Assembly (NCBI GenBank): GCA_035466635.1 | Contig: DATIUU010000131.1 | Coordinates: 1-31,527 of the forward strand | DNA length: 31,527 nucleotides | Direction: 5' to 3' | Source: Woeseiaceae bacterium | GTDB taxonomy: Bacteria > Pseudomonadota > Gammaproteobacteria > Steroidobacterales > Woeseiaceae | Shown: positions 18,251-27,201 of the stretch, one piece after another | How the letters are laid out: the number at the start of each line of letters is the position of its first letter | How positions within the stretch are numbered: the stretch's first letter is position 1 | Made by a program: the position numbers and the translations under genes | Notes under the pieces: model-generated | The model's input: only the letters and a program-made list of their open reading frames with translations | Databases searched by the model: none | What the model was told of the DNA's origin: nothing

Positions 18251-18682
18251 ATGAAACTGGTCAAGCACCTGCTCGAAGCAAACGGCAGAAATGTAATCGC
18301 CATTGCACCCGACGCCTCGGTCTTCGAGGCGATCAAGGTGATGGCTGACAAGTCGATCGGTTCGCTCGTGGTTCTGGGCGAGAACGGCGACCTCGCCGGT
18401 ATCGTCACCGAGCGAGACTATGCCCGCAAGGTCATCGTCAAGGGCCGCTCGTCGAAGGACACGCGGGTGGCGGAGATCATGACCACGGACGTGCTGACGG
18501 CAAGCTGCGATCACACCGTGAATGCCTGCATGGAGATCATGACCGAAAGGAAGATCCGCCACCTGCCCGTCGTCGAGGACGGCCGGGTGACCGCCATGGT
18601 CTCCATCGGCGACCTGGTGCAGGCCATCATTGCCGATCAGCAGGAAGCGATCCAACACCTCGAACACTACATCAGCGGCTGA
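18251..18682 (+). CDS. CBS-domain protein (single CBS pair)
   Basis: IGSLVV..GIVTERDY and IRHLPVV..VSIGDLV motifs; GGAAGGGG SD. Confidence 0.93.
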   Translation: MKLVKHLLEANGRNVIAIAPDASVFEAIKVMADKSIGSLVVLGENGDLAGIVTERDYARKVIVKGRSSKDTRVAEIMTTDVLTASCDHTVNACMEIMTERKIRHLPVVEDGRVTAMVSIGDLVQAIIADQQEAIQHLEHYISG

Positions 18683-18850
18683 CCGGTGAGCGGGAAGCCC
18701 GACGTCGACCGGCAGATCTGAAAGCTGTTCGACGGTTACGTGCACGGCTTTCACAATGACACTACTCCGCGCTACGACATGAAAGCGGCTGAACTTGCGT
18801 GGACCAGGACCGTCGAATTCTTCGAGAACCATTTGCAGCAAGACGGTTGA
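18683..18850 (+). pseudogene. 3' remnant of a dienelactone hydrolase-family gene
   Basis: My translation: ...DVDRQI*KLFDGYVHGFHNDTTPRYDMKAAELAWTRTVEFFENHLQQDG*. This matches the DLH C-terminal HGFHNDTTPRYD..A..AW.RT..FF signature. There is an in-frame TGA at 18719-18721 and the N-terminal part is missing. Confidence 0.85.
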
Positions 18851-18880
18851 GACGGGGTTCGCACGGCGAACCCTAAATAC

Positions 18881-19414
18881 ATGAATACTGCCCGCTTCCT
18901 GCCACTTTTGATGCTGCTGGGCTCGCTTGCCCAGGCGCAGTCGACGGCCAGGCCGCCGGAAGCGGTCGCGAAGACCGTCGTCGGGCCCGCCAATGCCGAC
19001 CTGGCCGAGGGCGCCGCGGCGCTGCGGGCCGGGGATGCGGAGCAAGGCGTCCGGCTGACCGAGCGCGGCCTGGAGGCGGCCGGCGGCCGGCGGGAACGCG
19101 TCGCGGGGTACTCCAATCTCTGCGCGGGACTCGCGATGCTCGAACGGCTCGAGGAGGCGCTGCAGGCGTGCGATCGAGCGCTGCAGATCGACGACGGGCA
19201 CTGGCGCAGCTACAGCAACCGCGCGCTCGTCTACCTGAAGCAGGACCGCGACGCCGAGGCGGAGCGCGATATCGCCAGGGTCGAAGCGCTGAGCCCGCAG
19301 GCCCATACGCTCGAGCGACTGCGGGCGATGTACCGCGACGCCGTCGATCCCGTGTCGCCGAGCATCATCATCGATGACAGCCGCGAGGCATCGGCCGATG
19401 AGGCAAACCGCTAG
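18881..19414 (+). CDS. Exported tetratricopeptide-repeat protein
   Basis: Signal peptide; TPR helices YSNLCAGLAML..EEALQACDRAL and YSNRALVYL. Confidence 0.85.
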   Translation: MNTARFLPLLMLLGSLAQAQSTARPPEAVAKTVVGPANADLAEGAAALRAGDAEQGVRLTERGLEAAGGRRERVAGYSNLCAGLAMLERLEEALQACDRALQIDDGHWRSYSNRALVYLKQDRDAEAERDIARVEALSPQAHTLERLRAMYRDAVDPVSPSIIIDDSREASADEANR

Positions 19415-19775
19415 CTGCGCGCTGCCCATGGCGGTGCTGCTGGCTGCCGTCGCGGCGGCCGCGGATGCCCCGGAGAAACGCCTCGATGACGACGGCCGCG
19501 AGCGCGTTCCGCTCAACACGGTCGCACCCGCGTACCCCGAGGTCGCGCGCCGCGACCGCGTCGAGGGCGACGTGCAGGTCTGTTTCAACGTGGATCGCGA
19601 AGGCCGGCCGTATCGCATCGCGGTGCGCAGCAGCACCAACCGCGTTTTCGAGAAACCGGCAATCCGGGCGATCAGGGCATCCCGCTACCAGCCCGTGCCG
19701 GAGCACCGGGCGGTGCCGGCGATCAAGACCTGCCGGACGTTTCGATTCCGGCTGGAGTCGGCAGCGGCCGACTGA
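19398..19775 (+). CDS. Stand-alone TonB C-terminal domain protein
   Basis: APAYPEVARRDRVEGDVQVCFNVDREG..V..S..F...AI.AI...RYQP is a TonB_C pattern. Short hydrophobic N-terminus and no Pro-rich linker. The start overlaps the TPR gene end. Confidence 0.85.
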   Translation: MRQTASCALPMAVLLAAVAAAADAPEKRLDDDGRERVPLNTVAPAYPEVARRDRVEGDVQVCFNVDREGRPYRIAVRSSTNRVFEKPAIRAIRASRYQPVPEHRAVPAIKTCRTFRFRLESAAAD

Positions 19776-19776
19776 C

Positions 19777-20673
19777 TCAGTCGCCGAGACCGGCGGCGAG
19801 CCTGGCCGAACGCAGCGTGTTCGCCATGAGCATCGTGATCGTCATCGGCCCGACGCCGCCGGGCACCGGCGTAATCGCCTGCGCGACTTCGCACGCTTCA
19901 GCGTAGTCCACGTCGCCGACCAGCTTCGATTTCTTCTCGCCGTCGACGTCGACCTCGACGCGGTTGATACCGACATCGATCACGACCGCGCCCGGCTTGA
20001 TCCAGTGCCCGCGGACCATGCCGGGACGGCCGACGGCGGCAACCACGATATCGGCGCCGCGCACGACCGCGGGCAGGTCCTTCGTGCGGCTGTGGCAGAT
20101 CGTGACCGTCGCGTTGCGGGCGAGCAGCAGGCTCGCCATGGGTTTGCCGACGATGTTGGAGCGGCCGATGACGACCGCGCCGAGACCCGACAGGTCCGTA
20201 CCGAGGTGATCCTCGACCATCAGCATGCAGCCCGCGGGCGTACAGGGTACGAATGCGTCGCCAATGTCGCCGGCCGTCAGTTTGCCTATGTTGATGTAAT
20301 GAAAGCCGTCGACGTCCTTCGAGGGCAGGATCGACTGCGTTATCCGCTGCTCGTCGAGGTGATCGGGCAGCGGCAGCTGCACCAGGATGCCGTGGATGTC
20401 CGGATCCTCGTTGAGGGAGGTGACGAGGTCGAGTACCTCCTGCTGGGATACGTCGGCCGGCAGTGAATGCCGCACCGAATGGAAACCGCAGGCTTCCGCC
20501 GTGCGCTTCTTGTTGCGCACGTACACCTGGCTCGCCGGATCCTCGCCGATGATGACCACCGCGAGGCCGGGCTTGATGCCGTGTTCACGCGCGAGTGCCG
20601 CCGTTTCCTGCGTGATTTTCTCGGATAACTCAGCCGCTTTGGCCTTGCCGTCGATGCGAATAGCAGTCGCCAT
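19777..20673 (-). CDS. folD: Bifunctional methylenetetrahydrofolate dehydrogenase/cyclohydrolase
   Basis: [48 protein letters not shown] and [11 protein letters not shown] motifs; GGAGG SD before ATG 20673. Confidence 0.98.
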   Translation of the reverse strand: MATAIRIDGKAKAAELSEKITQETAALAREHGIKPGLAVVIIGEDPASQVYVRNKKRTAEACGFHSVRHSLPADVSQQEVLDLVTSLNEDPDIHGILVQLPLPDHLDEQRITQSILPSKDVDGFHYINIGKLTAGDIGDAFVPCTPAGCMLMVEDHLGTDLSGLGAVVIGRSNIVGKPMASLLLARNATVTICHSRTKDLPAVVRGADIVVAAVGRPGMVRGHWIKPGAVVIDVGINRVEVDVDGEKKSKLVGDVDYAEACEVAQAITPVPGGVGPMTITMLMANTLRSARLAAGLGD

Positions 20674-20705
20674 GAGTCGGTTTCCTCCAGGGGTCAGGCG
20701 CGCGC

Positions 20706-20734
20706 ATGGTAACGTCCGCCCCGGGTTGAGTAAA
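20706..20734 (-). promoter_or_regulatory. Putative folD promoter
   Basis: TTTACT (20734-20729), 17 nt, TACCAT (20711-20706). Confidence 0.5.
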
Positions 20735-20776
20735 CTGCGCGAGGTACGTGGTACACGCGCGAGCGGGACACAAGCG

Positions 20777-21394
20777 ATGACCGAATCCTGGTTGGAAAGA
20801 TGGCGTGAAGGACGTATCGGCTGGCACGAGGAGCGGGGCAATGCCAGTCTCAGGAAGCACTGGCATGCGTCGGGCAAACGCGTCCTGGTGCCCCTGTGCG
20901 GCAAGACCGTCGACATGCTGTGGCTGGAAGAGCAGGGCAACAGCGTCGTCGGCGTGGAGCTTTCGGACATCGCGGCGCGTGCCTTTTTCGAGGAAAACGC
21001 GTTGCCTTACACGGTTCTTGCGGGCCGTCTCCCGGCCTACACCGGCGAGGACCGCGACATCACGATCTACTGCGGCGACCTGTTCGATTTCGACGCAACG
21101 GGATTCACCGGCTGGTACGACCGCGGCGCACTCGTTGCGACGCCGGCGGAGCAGCGCCGCGCTTACGCGGAGCACATCAACGCCCGGCTTGCGCCGGACG
21201 CGTGCCGCCTGCTGATCACGCTCGAATACGACGACGGCCTCGCCACGGGACCGCCGTTCTCCATTTCCCGCGAAGAAATCCTGCGTTACTGGCCGGATAT
21301 GCAGGTGGTCGAGCGCTACGACGACATCGAGAACGGCCCGCCGAAGTTCCTCGAGGCAGGCCTGCAGGCGCTGTTCGAGACAGTCTGGCGCTGA
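20777..21394 (+). CDS. tpm: Thiopurine S-methyltransferase (Se/Te methyltransferase family)
   Basis: [23 protein letters not shown]...[16 protein letters not shown] and GPPFS motifs. Confidence 0.93.
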   Translation: MTESWLERWREGRIGWHEERGNASLRKHWHASGKRVLVPLCGKTVDMLWLEEQGNSVVGVELSDIAARAFFEENALPYTVLAGRLPAYTGEDRDITIYCGDLFDFDATGFTGWYDRGALVATPAEQRRAYAEHINARLAPDACRLLITLEYDDGLATGPPFSISREEILRYWPDMQVVERYDDIENGPPKFLEAGLQALFETVWR

Positions 21395-21404
21395 TCCCCA
21401 TGGC

Positions 21405-21656
21405 TCAGATACCCATCTTGGCGAGCAGGTCCGCGATCTCGCGCGTGATGCGTTCGGCCACCGGGTGCGTGGCGGCGAAACGCGACTCGAGTTCGCGCGC
21501 GCTGTCGCTCAGCGTGTCGTCGCTGCCGGGGGCGATCTCGTCGAGGTCGTCGTTGAGTTTCGACAGCAGCTCGCGCGTCTCGTCGTCGATCTCACCCGCG
21601 GATTTGAGTTCCTTGTCGAGTTCCGCGAGCAGAGTGCGGATTCTTTCACTGTTCAA
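21405..21656 (-). CDS. Small helical protein, DUF4404-like
   Basis: 83 aa with TTG start and GGAG SD. The FAATHP..ITREIADLLAKMGI ending is typical of this family as I recall it. Confidence 0.75.
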   Translation of the reverse strand: MNSERIRTLLAELDKELKSAGEIDDETRELLSKLNDDLDEIAPGSDDTLSDSARELESRFAATHPVAERITREIADLLAKMGI

Positions 21657-21677
21657 ATACTTACTCCCGCAATGCCG

Positions 21678-23894
21678 TCAGGCAACGTCTTTCAGGCGCA
21701 GTTCGTGCTTGCTCACCGGCAGTTCGCGAATGCGAATGCCCGTCGCATCGAAAATCGCGTTGGTGAACGCCGGCGCGATGGGCGGCGTGCCCGGTTCCCC
21801 GGCGCCGCCGGTCGATCCGCCGCCGTCGATGATGTAGGTCTCGACGTCCGGCGCCTCGTCCATGCGCAGCATCCGGTAGTCGTGGAAGTTCGACTGCGCG
21901 ACCGCACCGCCGCTTATCGAGATTTCGCCGTACAGCGCGGCCGTGAGGCCGTAGGCGATGCCGCTTTCCATCTGCGCGGCGAGATTGTCGGGATGCACCG
22001 CGAATCCGGCATCCACGGCGCACACCACGCGCCGCGCTCGCGGTTTGCCGGCGACGATCTCGACGTCCACGACCTGCGCGACGATGGTGCCGAAGGAGCG
22101 ATGGATGGCGATGCCGCGGCCCATGTTGTCGGCCAGGGGCTCGCCCCAACCGGCCCTGTTCGCCGCGAGCTCCAGCACGGCAAGGAAACGCGGCGCGCCG
22201 GCCAGCAGTTCGCGCCGGTACTCGTAGGGGTCGCGGCCGGCGGCCACGGCGAGTTCGTCGATGAACGACTCGGTGAAGAACGCGTGCAGCGAGTGGTCGA
22301 CGCTGCGCCAGAAGCCCCACGGCACGTGCGTCTCGCTCTCGCTGAAGACGATTGCCTGGTCGGCGATGGCGTACGGGATGTGCGGCGCCTCTTCCGGGTC
22401 GTGCTTGTTGACGTAGTGGTTCTGCCACGCGACGGCCCTGCCCGAGGCGTCCAGCCCGCCGCGAAAACGGCTGATGCTGGCCTGCCGGTAATGATCGTGA
22501 CGCATGTCTTCCTCGCGCGACCAGATCAGCTTGACCGGGTAGGGCACATCGGCCGCGAGCCTCGCCGCCTGCACCGCGAAGTCGTCGAAGGCGCGGCGCC
22601 CGAAGCCGCCGCCCAGGTACTGGTTGTGCAGCAGGACCTGCGACGGCTCCATGCCGATCGCCTTGGCCACCTGCTGCGCAAAGCCGAGCGGGTTCTGCGT
22701 GCCCAGCCAGAGTTCGCAGCGGCCGTCGTGCACCCAGGCCGTGCAGTTCATCGGTTCCATGGTCGCATGCGCGAGGAAGGGAACCCGGTACTCCGCCTCG
22801 ATGACCTGCGCCGCGGCAGCGAGCGCCGCGGCGGCATTGCCCGACACGAAATCGTCCTGCACCCGGCCTGCGGCGGCCGAGCGGTCCATCTCGGCGGCAA
22901 AGCGTTCGAAGATGCCGTCCTGCGTGGCGGCGCCGTTGCCGCCGTCGCTGAACTCGACGGCGAGCTTGTCGAGCGCCTTCTTCGCCTGCCAGTAGCCGTC
23001 GGCGATGACGGCCACCGCGTCGCCGAGGTTCACGACCTTGCGGACGCCCGGCATGGCCTGCACGGACGACTCGTCCACCGACAGCACGCGGCCGCTGAAA
23101 ACCGGTGCCGCCCTGACGGTGGCGTGTTTCATGTCCGGCAGCGCCGCGTCGATGCCGAACTTCGCGGAGCCGTCGACCTTGGGGGGGACGTCGAAACGCG
23201 CCGGCGACGTGCCCATGATGCGAAACGCGTCGGGCGTCTTGAGCGCGGGTTTGTCCGGCATCGGCAGCGCGGCAGCGGCGGGTGCGAAGTGCGCGAAGGG
23301 TGCCTCGCGGCCGCTCGCTTCGTGGCGAATCATGCTGCTGGCCGCCGTAAGTTCGGCGACCGGCACCTGCCACTCGGCAGCAGCCGCTTCCAGCAGCACC
23401 GCCCGGGTCGCGGCGCCGGTCACGCGCATAGCGACCTGGCCGGTAGTGCGCACGGACAGGCTGCCGCCCGTAATCTGCAGGCCCATCATTTGCGTGGCGC
23501 GGAAGAACAGGCCGTCGACGGAGTCGATGAGCCAGGCGGGAAAATCCATGCCGGCCGTCGTGTAGCCGCGCGCGAGGGCATAGTTGGCGAACTCCTTGTG
23601 CGCCGGCGCCTCCTCGAAGCGCACCCTCGACCAGTCCGCGTCGAGTTCATCGGCCAGCATCATCGCGAGCGCCGTGTGCACGCCCTGCCCCATGTCCGCG
23701 TGCGGGATGATCGCCGTGACGGTGTTGTCCGGTGCGATCTTCAGCCAGACGTCGAACAGCGAGTCGTCGCCGGATGCGACGAGTTCCCTGGCCTTGTCCG
23801 ATCGATCGCCGCGGCGGATGGCAACGCCGAAAACGACCACGCCGCCGGCGGCGATGCCGCTCGTGATGAATGCACGCCGGGACCACTTACCCAT
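21678..23894 (-). CDS. Xanthine-oxidase-family molybdopterin subunit (isoquinoline 1-oxidoreductase beta-like), Tat-exported
   Basis: Tat motif SRRAFI; [35 protein letters not shown] and GAGEPG motifs. Start set to ATG 23894. Confidence 0.94.
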   Translation of the reverse strand: MGKWSRRAFITSGIAAGGVVVFGVAIRRGDRSDKARELVASGDDSLFDVWLKIAPDNTVTAIIPHADMGQGVHTALAMMLADELDADWSRVRFEEAPAHKEFANYALARGYTTAGMDFPAWLIDSVDGLFFRATQMMGLQITGGSLSVRTTGQVAMRVTGAATRAVLLEAAAAEWQVPVAELTAASSMIRHEASGREAPFAHFAPAAAALPMPDKPALKTPDAFRIMGTSPARFDVPPKVDGSAKFGIDAALPDMKHATVRAAPVFSGRVLSVDESSVQAMPGVRKVVNLGDAVAVIADGYWQAKKALDKLAVEFSDGGNGAATQDGIFERFAAEMDRSAAAGRVQDDFVSGNAAAALAAAAQVIEAEYRVPFLAHATMEPMNCTAWVHDGRCELWLGTQNPLGFAQQVAKAIGMEPSQVLLHNQYLGGGFGRRAFDDFAVQAARLAADVPYPVKLIWSREEDMRHDHYRQASISRFRGGLDASGRAVAWQNHYVNKHDPEEAPHIPYAIADQAIVFSESETHVPWGFWRSVDHSLHAFFTESFIDELAVAAGRDPYEYRRELLAGAPRFLAVLELAANRAGWGEPLADNMGRGIAIHRSFGTIVAQVVDVEIVAGKPRARRVVCAVDAGFAVHPDNLAAQMESGIAYGLTAALYGEISISGGAVAQSNFHDYRMLRMDEAPDVETYIIDGGGSTGGAGEPGTPPIAPAFTNAIFDATGIRIRELPVSKHELRLKDVA

Positions 23895-24378
23895 CGCCGA
23901 TCTCCGCCGCGCGCGCGTCCGCCATCGCGGCCGCAGCGCGCTTGATGCCCTTGCGGATGCGGGGATAGGTGCCGCAACGGCAGACGATCCCCGCCATCGC
24001 CGCGTCGATGTCGGCATCCGTCGGTGCCGGTGTGCTCGCCAGCAGGGCCGCGGCCGCCATGATCTGGCCGGAATGACAATAGCCGCATTGCGGCACCTGC
24101 TCGTCGATCCACGCCTGCTGCACGGGGTGCAGCCCGACCCTGCCGCTGCCGATGCCCTCGATGGTCGTGACCGCGCGGCCGGCCGCGGCCGACGCCGGTA
24201 TCACGCAGGCGCGAACCGGCCTGCCGTCGATGTGCACGGTGCAGGCGCCGCACTGCGCGATGCCGCAGCCGAACTTCGTGCCCGTCAGGCCGGCATAGTC
24301 CCGGAGCACCCACAGCAGTGGCGTCGACGCATCGACGTCGAGGTCGCGTGACTCACCGTTGATGGACAATGTGATCAT
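23887..24378 (-). CDS. (2Fe-2S)-binding small subunit (IorA-like)
   Basis: [17 protein letters not shown]...C and QCGYCHSGQ...CRCGTY motifs. Confidence 0.96.
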   Translation of the reverse strand: MITLSINGESRDLDVDASTPLLWVLRDYAGLTGTKFGCGIAQCGACTVHIDGRPVRACVIPASAAAGRAVTTIEGIGSGRVGLHPVQQAWIDEQVPQCGYCHSGQIMAAAALLASTPAPTDADIDAAMAGIVCRCGTYPRIRKGIKRAAAAMADARAAEIGDG

Positions 24379-24380
24379 CG

Positions 24381-24408
24381 GGTTTCAGGTTTGAGGTTTC
24401 GAGTTCCG
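24381..24408. repeat. Degenerate 7-nt tandem repeat in the iorA leader
   Basis: ggtttca-ggtttga-ggtttcg-agttccg directly adjacent to the start codon. Confidence 0.6.
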
Positions 24409-24422
24409 GCCTGGGCCGCTTC

Positions 24423-24451
24423 ACGGTACTCCATGGAAAATGTGCGGGCAA
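24423..24451 (-). promoter_or_regulatory. Putative iorAB promoter
   Basis: TTGCCC (24451-24446), 17 nt, TACCGT (24428-24423). Confidence 0.45.
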
Positions 24452-24526
24452 GTGGCGCCGGCGCCGCGCCGGGCGCCCGGTTCGGGCTACAATGCGGCGC
24501 TTCCGAAAAGGCATCCGGGGGAGCGG

Positions 24527-25423
24527 GTGAGCGATTATTTGAGACAGGCGCGCGGCGTCCTCACGTTCGGCATCCTGGCCGTCAACACGGTGTTCTGGTT
24601 CGTGCCGCTCATGACGCTCGCGGTGCTGAAGCTGCTGTTGCCGGTCGCCGCCGTGCGCCGCATCCTGACGCGCGGGCTCATGTGGCTCGCGGAAAACTGG
24701 ATTGCCGTCAATGCGCTCGCCCTGCGCGGTTCGGGCTCCCGCGGGTGGCATGCCGACGGCGCCGCGTCGCTGGACAGGAACGGCTGGTACCTGGTGCTTG
24801 CCAACCACCAGACCTGGGTGGACATCGTGGTGCTGCAGGTCGCGCTGAACCGGCGCATCCCGCTGCTGAAGTTCTTCATCAAGCAGCAGTTGTTCTGGTT
24901 CCCGCTGCTCGGCCTCGGGTTCTGGGCCCTGGATATGCCCTTCATGAAACGCCACTCGCCGTCCTACCTGGCGCGTCATCCCGACAAGAAGGGCGCCGAC
25001 CTCGAAGCGACGCGCAAGGCCTGCGAGAAGTTCCGCCACACACCGACGTCGGTGATCAATTTCGTCGAGGGCACGCGCTTCAGCGAGGAGAAGCGGATAG
25101 CGCGGCAGTCGCCGTACCGACATCTCCTGCCACCGCGGGCCGGCGGTATCGCCGTCGCACTGTCGGCGATGGGCGAGGTGTTCGATGCCATTCTCGACGT
25201 CACGCTCGTCTACGCCGACGGTCCGCCGAAGTTCTGGGACATGGTCTGCGGCGATCGGGTCGACGTTACGGTGGACATCAGGGTGTTGCCCATCGACCCT
25301 GCGATCGTCGCCGGCGACTACGAGAACGACCGGGCATTCCGCCGCGAAGTGCACCGCTGGCTGGGCAGGCTGTGGCAGGAGAAGGACGAGCGCATCGCTG
25401 CAATAGAGGACCGCGTGGCGTAA
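24527..25423 (+). CDS. 1-acyl-sn-glycerol-3-phosphate acyltransferase-family protein (YihG-like)
   Basis: NHQTWVD (HxxxxD) and FVEGTRF motifs; N-terminal TM; GTG 24527 with GGGGAG SD. Confidence 0.9.
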   Translation: MSDYLRQARGVLTFGILAVNTVFWFVPLMTLAVLKLLLPVAAVRRILTRGLMWLAENWIAVNALALRGSGSRGWHADGAASLDRNGWYLVLANHQTWVDIVVLQVALNRRIPLLKFFIKQQLFWFPLLGLGFWALDMPFMKRHSPSYLARHPDKKGADLEATRKACEKFRHTPTSVINFVEGTRFSEEKRIARQSPYRHLLPPRAGGIAVALSAMGEVFDAILDVTLVYADGPPKFWDMVCGDRVDVTVDIRVLPIDPAIVAGDYENDRAFRREVHRWLGRLWQEKDERIAAIEDRVA

Positions 25424-25455
25424 ACTCAAGGTATCTTTCTTTTGTGGGCGGGGCA

Positions 25456-25827
25456 ATGACGGACAGTCGCCATTACGATACGGTCACCTTCGATGTGCGC
25501 GACAATGCGACGATGCTGTTCTTCGCGAACACCACGAAGACGGGCGATATCGCCGATTACCTGTTGCTGGTTCGCACGATCGAGGACGATTTCGACGAGT
25601 CCATGTACATCGAGATCGATGATAAGCAGTTCGGCGGGCACGACCTGCTGGCGGAAGCGCAGCTCACCGGCAACATGCTGATCCTGCGGTTCAATGAAGC
25701 GGTCGATGCGCTGGGCGGCGCGGCCAAGCTTGCGTTGACTTTCACCGAGACGCAGGACAACCTCACCAGCATCGAAGTCGGCGCGTTCCGTGTACTGGGC
25801 GATGCACTCAAGGGCGGCAGCGCCTGA
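25456..25827 (+). CDS. Hypothetical acidic 123-aa protein, possibly Imm10-like immunity protein
   Basis: This is the C-terminal part of track ORF 24391..25827, starting at ATG 25456. It is an acidic, beta-rich sequence, YLLLVRTIEDDFDESMYIEIDDKQFGG. The family resemblance is from memory only, so the CDS is more certain than the family. Confidence 0.7.
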   Translation: MTDSRHYDTVTFDVRDNATMLFFANTTKTGDIADYLLLVRTIEDDFDESMYIEIDDKQFGGHDLLAEAQLTGNMLILRFNEAVDALGGAAKLALTFTETQDNLTSIEVGAFRVLGDALKGGSA

Positions 25828-26132
25828 GCTACAGCCTCTATATCCTGCGCTGCGCCGACGGCAGCTTCTACACGGGCATTGCGCTCGACGTAGCCCGCCG
25901 CCTGGAGGAACACGCGAGCGGCATTCGCGGCGCGAAATACCTGCGCGGCCGCACCCCCCTGGAACTCGTGTTCGAGCAGGCCGCCGGCGACAGGGCCGCG
26001 GCGCAGCGTCTCGAACATCGCGTCAAGCGGCTCAGCCGGATCGAGAAAGAGGCCCTCATCGGCGGCGACCTGTCGCTGCTGCAAGCGTCCGGGGACCGAG
26101 GCGCTCAGGCGTCCGGCGCCTGCTCCGGGTAA
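25824..26132 (+). CDS. GIY-YIG nuclease family protein (UPF0213/YhbQ-like), apparent CTG start
   Basis: Absent from the ORF track. Translation: (M)SYSLYILRCADGSFYTGIALDVARRLEEHASGIRGAKYLRGRTPLELVFEQAAGDRAAAQRLEHRVKRLSRIEKEALI..., ending at TAA 26130-26132. Confidence 0.88.
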   Translation: MSYSLYILRCADGSFYTGIALDVARRLEEHASGIRGAKYLRGRTPLELVFEQAAGDRAAAQRLEHRVKRLSRIEKEALIGGDLSLLQASGDRGAQASGACSG

Positions 26133-27151
26133 AGTACCAGCGGTTGACCGAAGGTCGGCAGGAGCAGCTGCGTGTCCCGGTCCCAGGTATCGCGCATGGA
26201 TAACAGCCAGCGCGCCGTCCTGGCGAAGTTGTCGATCAGTTTGGGCGGCAGCACGATCTCGCCGAAGGGGCGCGTCTGGTCCTCGAAGTGAACCGGGAAG
26301 ACCCGCGTCGCCCCCGTCGACGTCACCAGCGCCTGCCAGTAACGCTCCGTATAATCGCGCCCCAGGCTTTCCAGCAGGCCGACGCCGAGCATCACGACGT
26401 CGGCCTGCACGTCATCCAGCGCACCTTCCCGGTAGCCGGCGCTGCCCTGCACCAGCGTCGTCCCCTGCGGGTGTGAAATGACGATCGAGAAGCTCCCGCC
26501 CTCCCGCCAGGCCGAGACCGGTGCGGGCAATTCGAGCGGTTCGTCCACCGTTCCCGCGAGCGGCACCTCGCCGCGCAGGCCGATCGGGGCATGCAGGGAA
26601 GGGATCAGGGTCACCGTGAAGTCGCCGAAGCTGTAGGGCGCGCCGGCCTCGGCCACGACGATCTGGTCCTCGGGCACGCCGTAGCCGCGGGCGATGTTCG
26701 CGGTGGACTCGGAGCCGAGGATCGACGCACTGCTGCGATTGGCGATCGCGCCCACGTCCATCGCGTGGTCGTAATGCGAGTGCGCCGGCACGATCGCGGC
26801 GAGCCGGTTCATCCCGTATTCGTTCATCACGTAGTTGATCATCGGCGCGTCGCAGCTGACGGGGCGCCCCGTCAGCGACTCGAACAGCGTCGGGCGCGAC
26901 ACGAAGCCATCGACCAGTATCTGCGTTTCGCCGTCGTCGAAGAGCAGCGTCGTAACGCCCAGCCAGGTCGCCGTTACCGCGCTGTCCGGCGGGTCGTCGA
27001 CGACCTGCGGGTGCAGCCCGGTTGCGGCGATGTCGGCGCGTTCGTGCCATGCCCAGGTCGCCAGCGCCGCGAGCAACGCCAGCAGGCCGACGATGACGGC
27101 GGCCGTGCGTTTCGCGTAGCGCTTTACGTCCTTTGTCGTGAGCCGCGGCAT
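26105..27151 (-). CDS. Membrane-anchored metallo-beta-lactamase-fold hydrolase
   Basis: HSHYDH (HxHxDH), LLVDGF, HAP and PVHF motifs; N-terminal TM. Confidence 0.9.
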   Translation of the reverse strand: MPRLTTKDVKRYAKRTAAVIVGLLALLAALATWAWHERADIAATGLHPQVVDDPPDSAVTATWLGVTTLLFDDGETQILVDGFVSRPTLFESLTGRPVSCDAPMINYVMNEYGMNRLAAIVPAHSHYDHAMDVGAIANRSSASILGSESTANIARGYGVPEDQIVVAEAGAPYSFGDFTVTLIPSLHAPIGLRGEVPLAGTVDEPLELPAPVSAWREGGSFSIVISHPQGTTLVQGSAGYREGALDDVQADVVMLGVGLLESLGRDYTERYWQALVTSTGATRVFPVHFEDQTRPFGEIVLPPKLIDNFARTARWLLSMRDTWDRDTQLLLPTFGQPLVLYPEQAPDA

Positions 27152-27201
27152 CGCGCCAAGATACCATCAAGCTGCGAATCCGGCACCGTGCAGTCGATGT
27201 C

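Noticed and set aside
20674-20705. Search for a ZTP or THF riboswitch upstream of folD
   Set aside because: The leader is too short and lacks the consensus elements.
21678-24378. IorAB-like pair lacking an FAD subunit or cytochrome c
   Set aside because: A two-subunit Tat-exported architecture is standard for this family, so it is not unusual.
24391-25455. N-terminal 355 aa of the 478-aa track ORF 24391..25827
   Set aside because: Out-of-frame overlap with the acyltransferase. Only the portion from ATG 25456 looks like a real protein.
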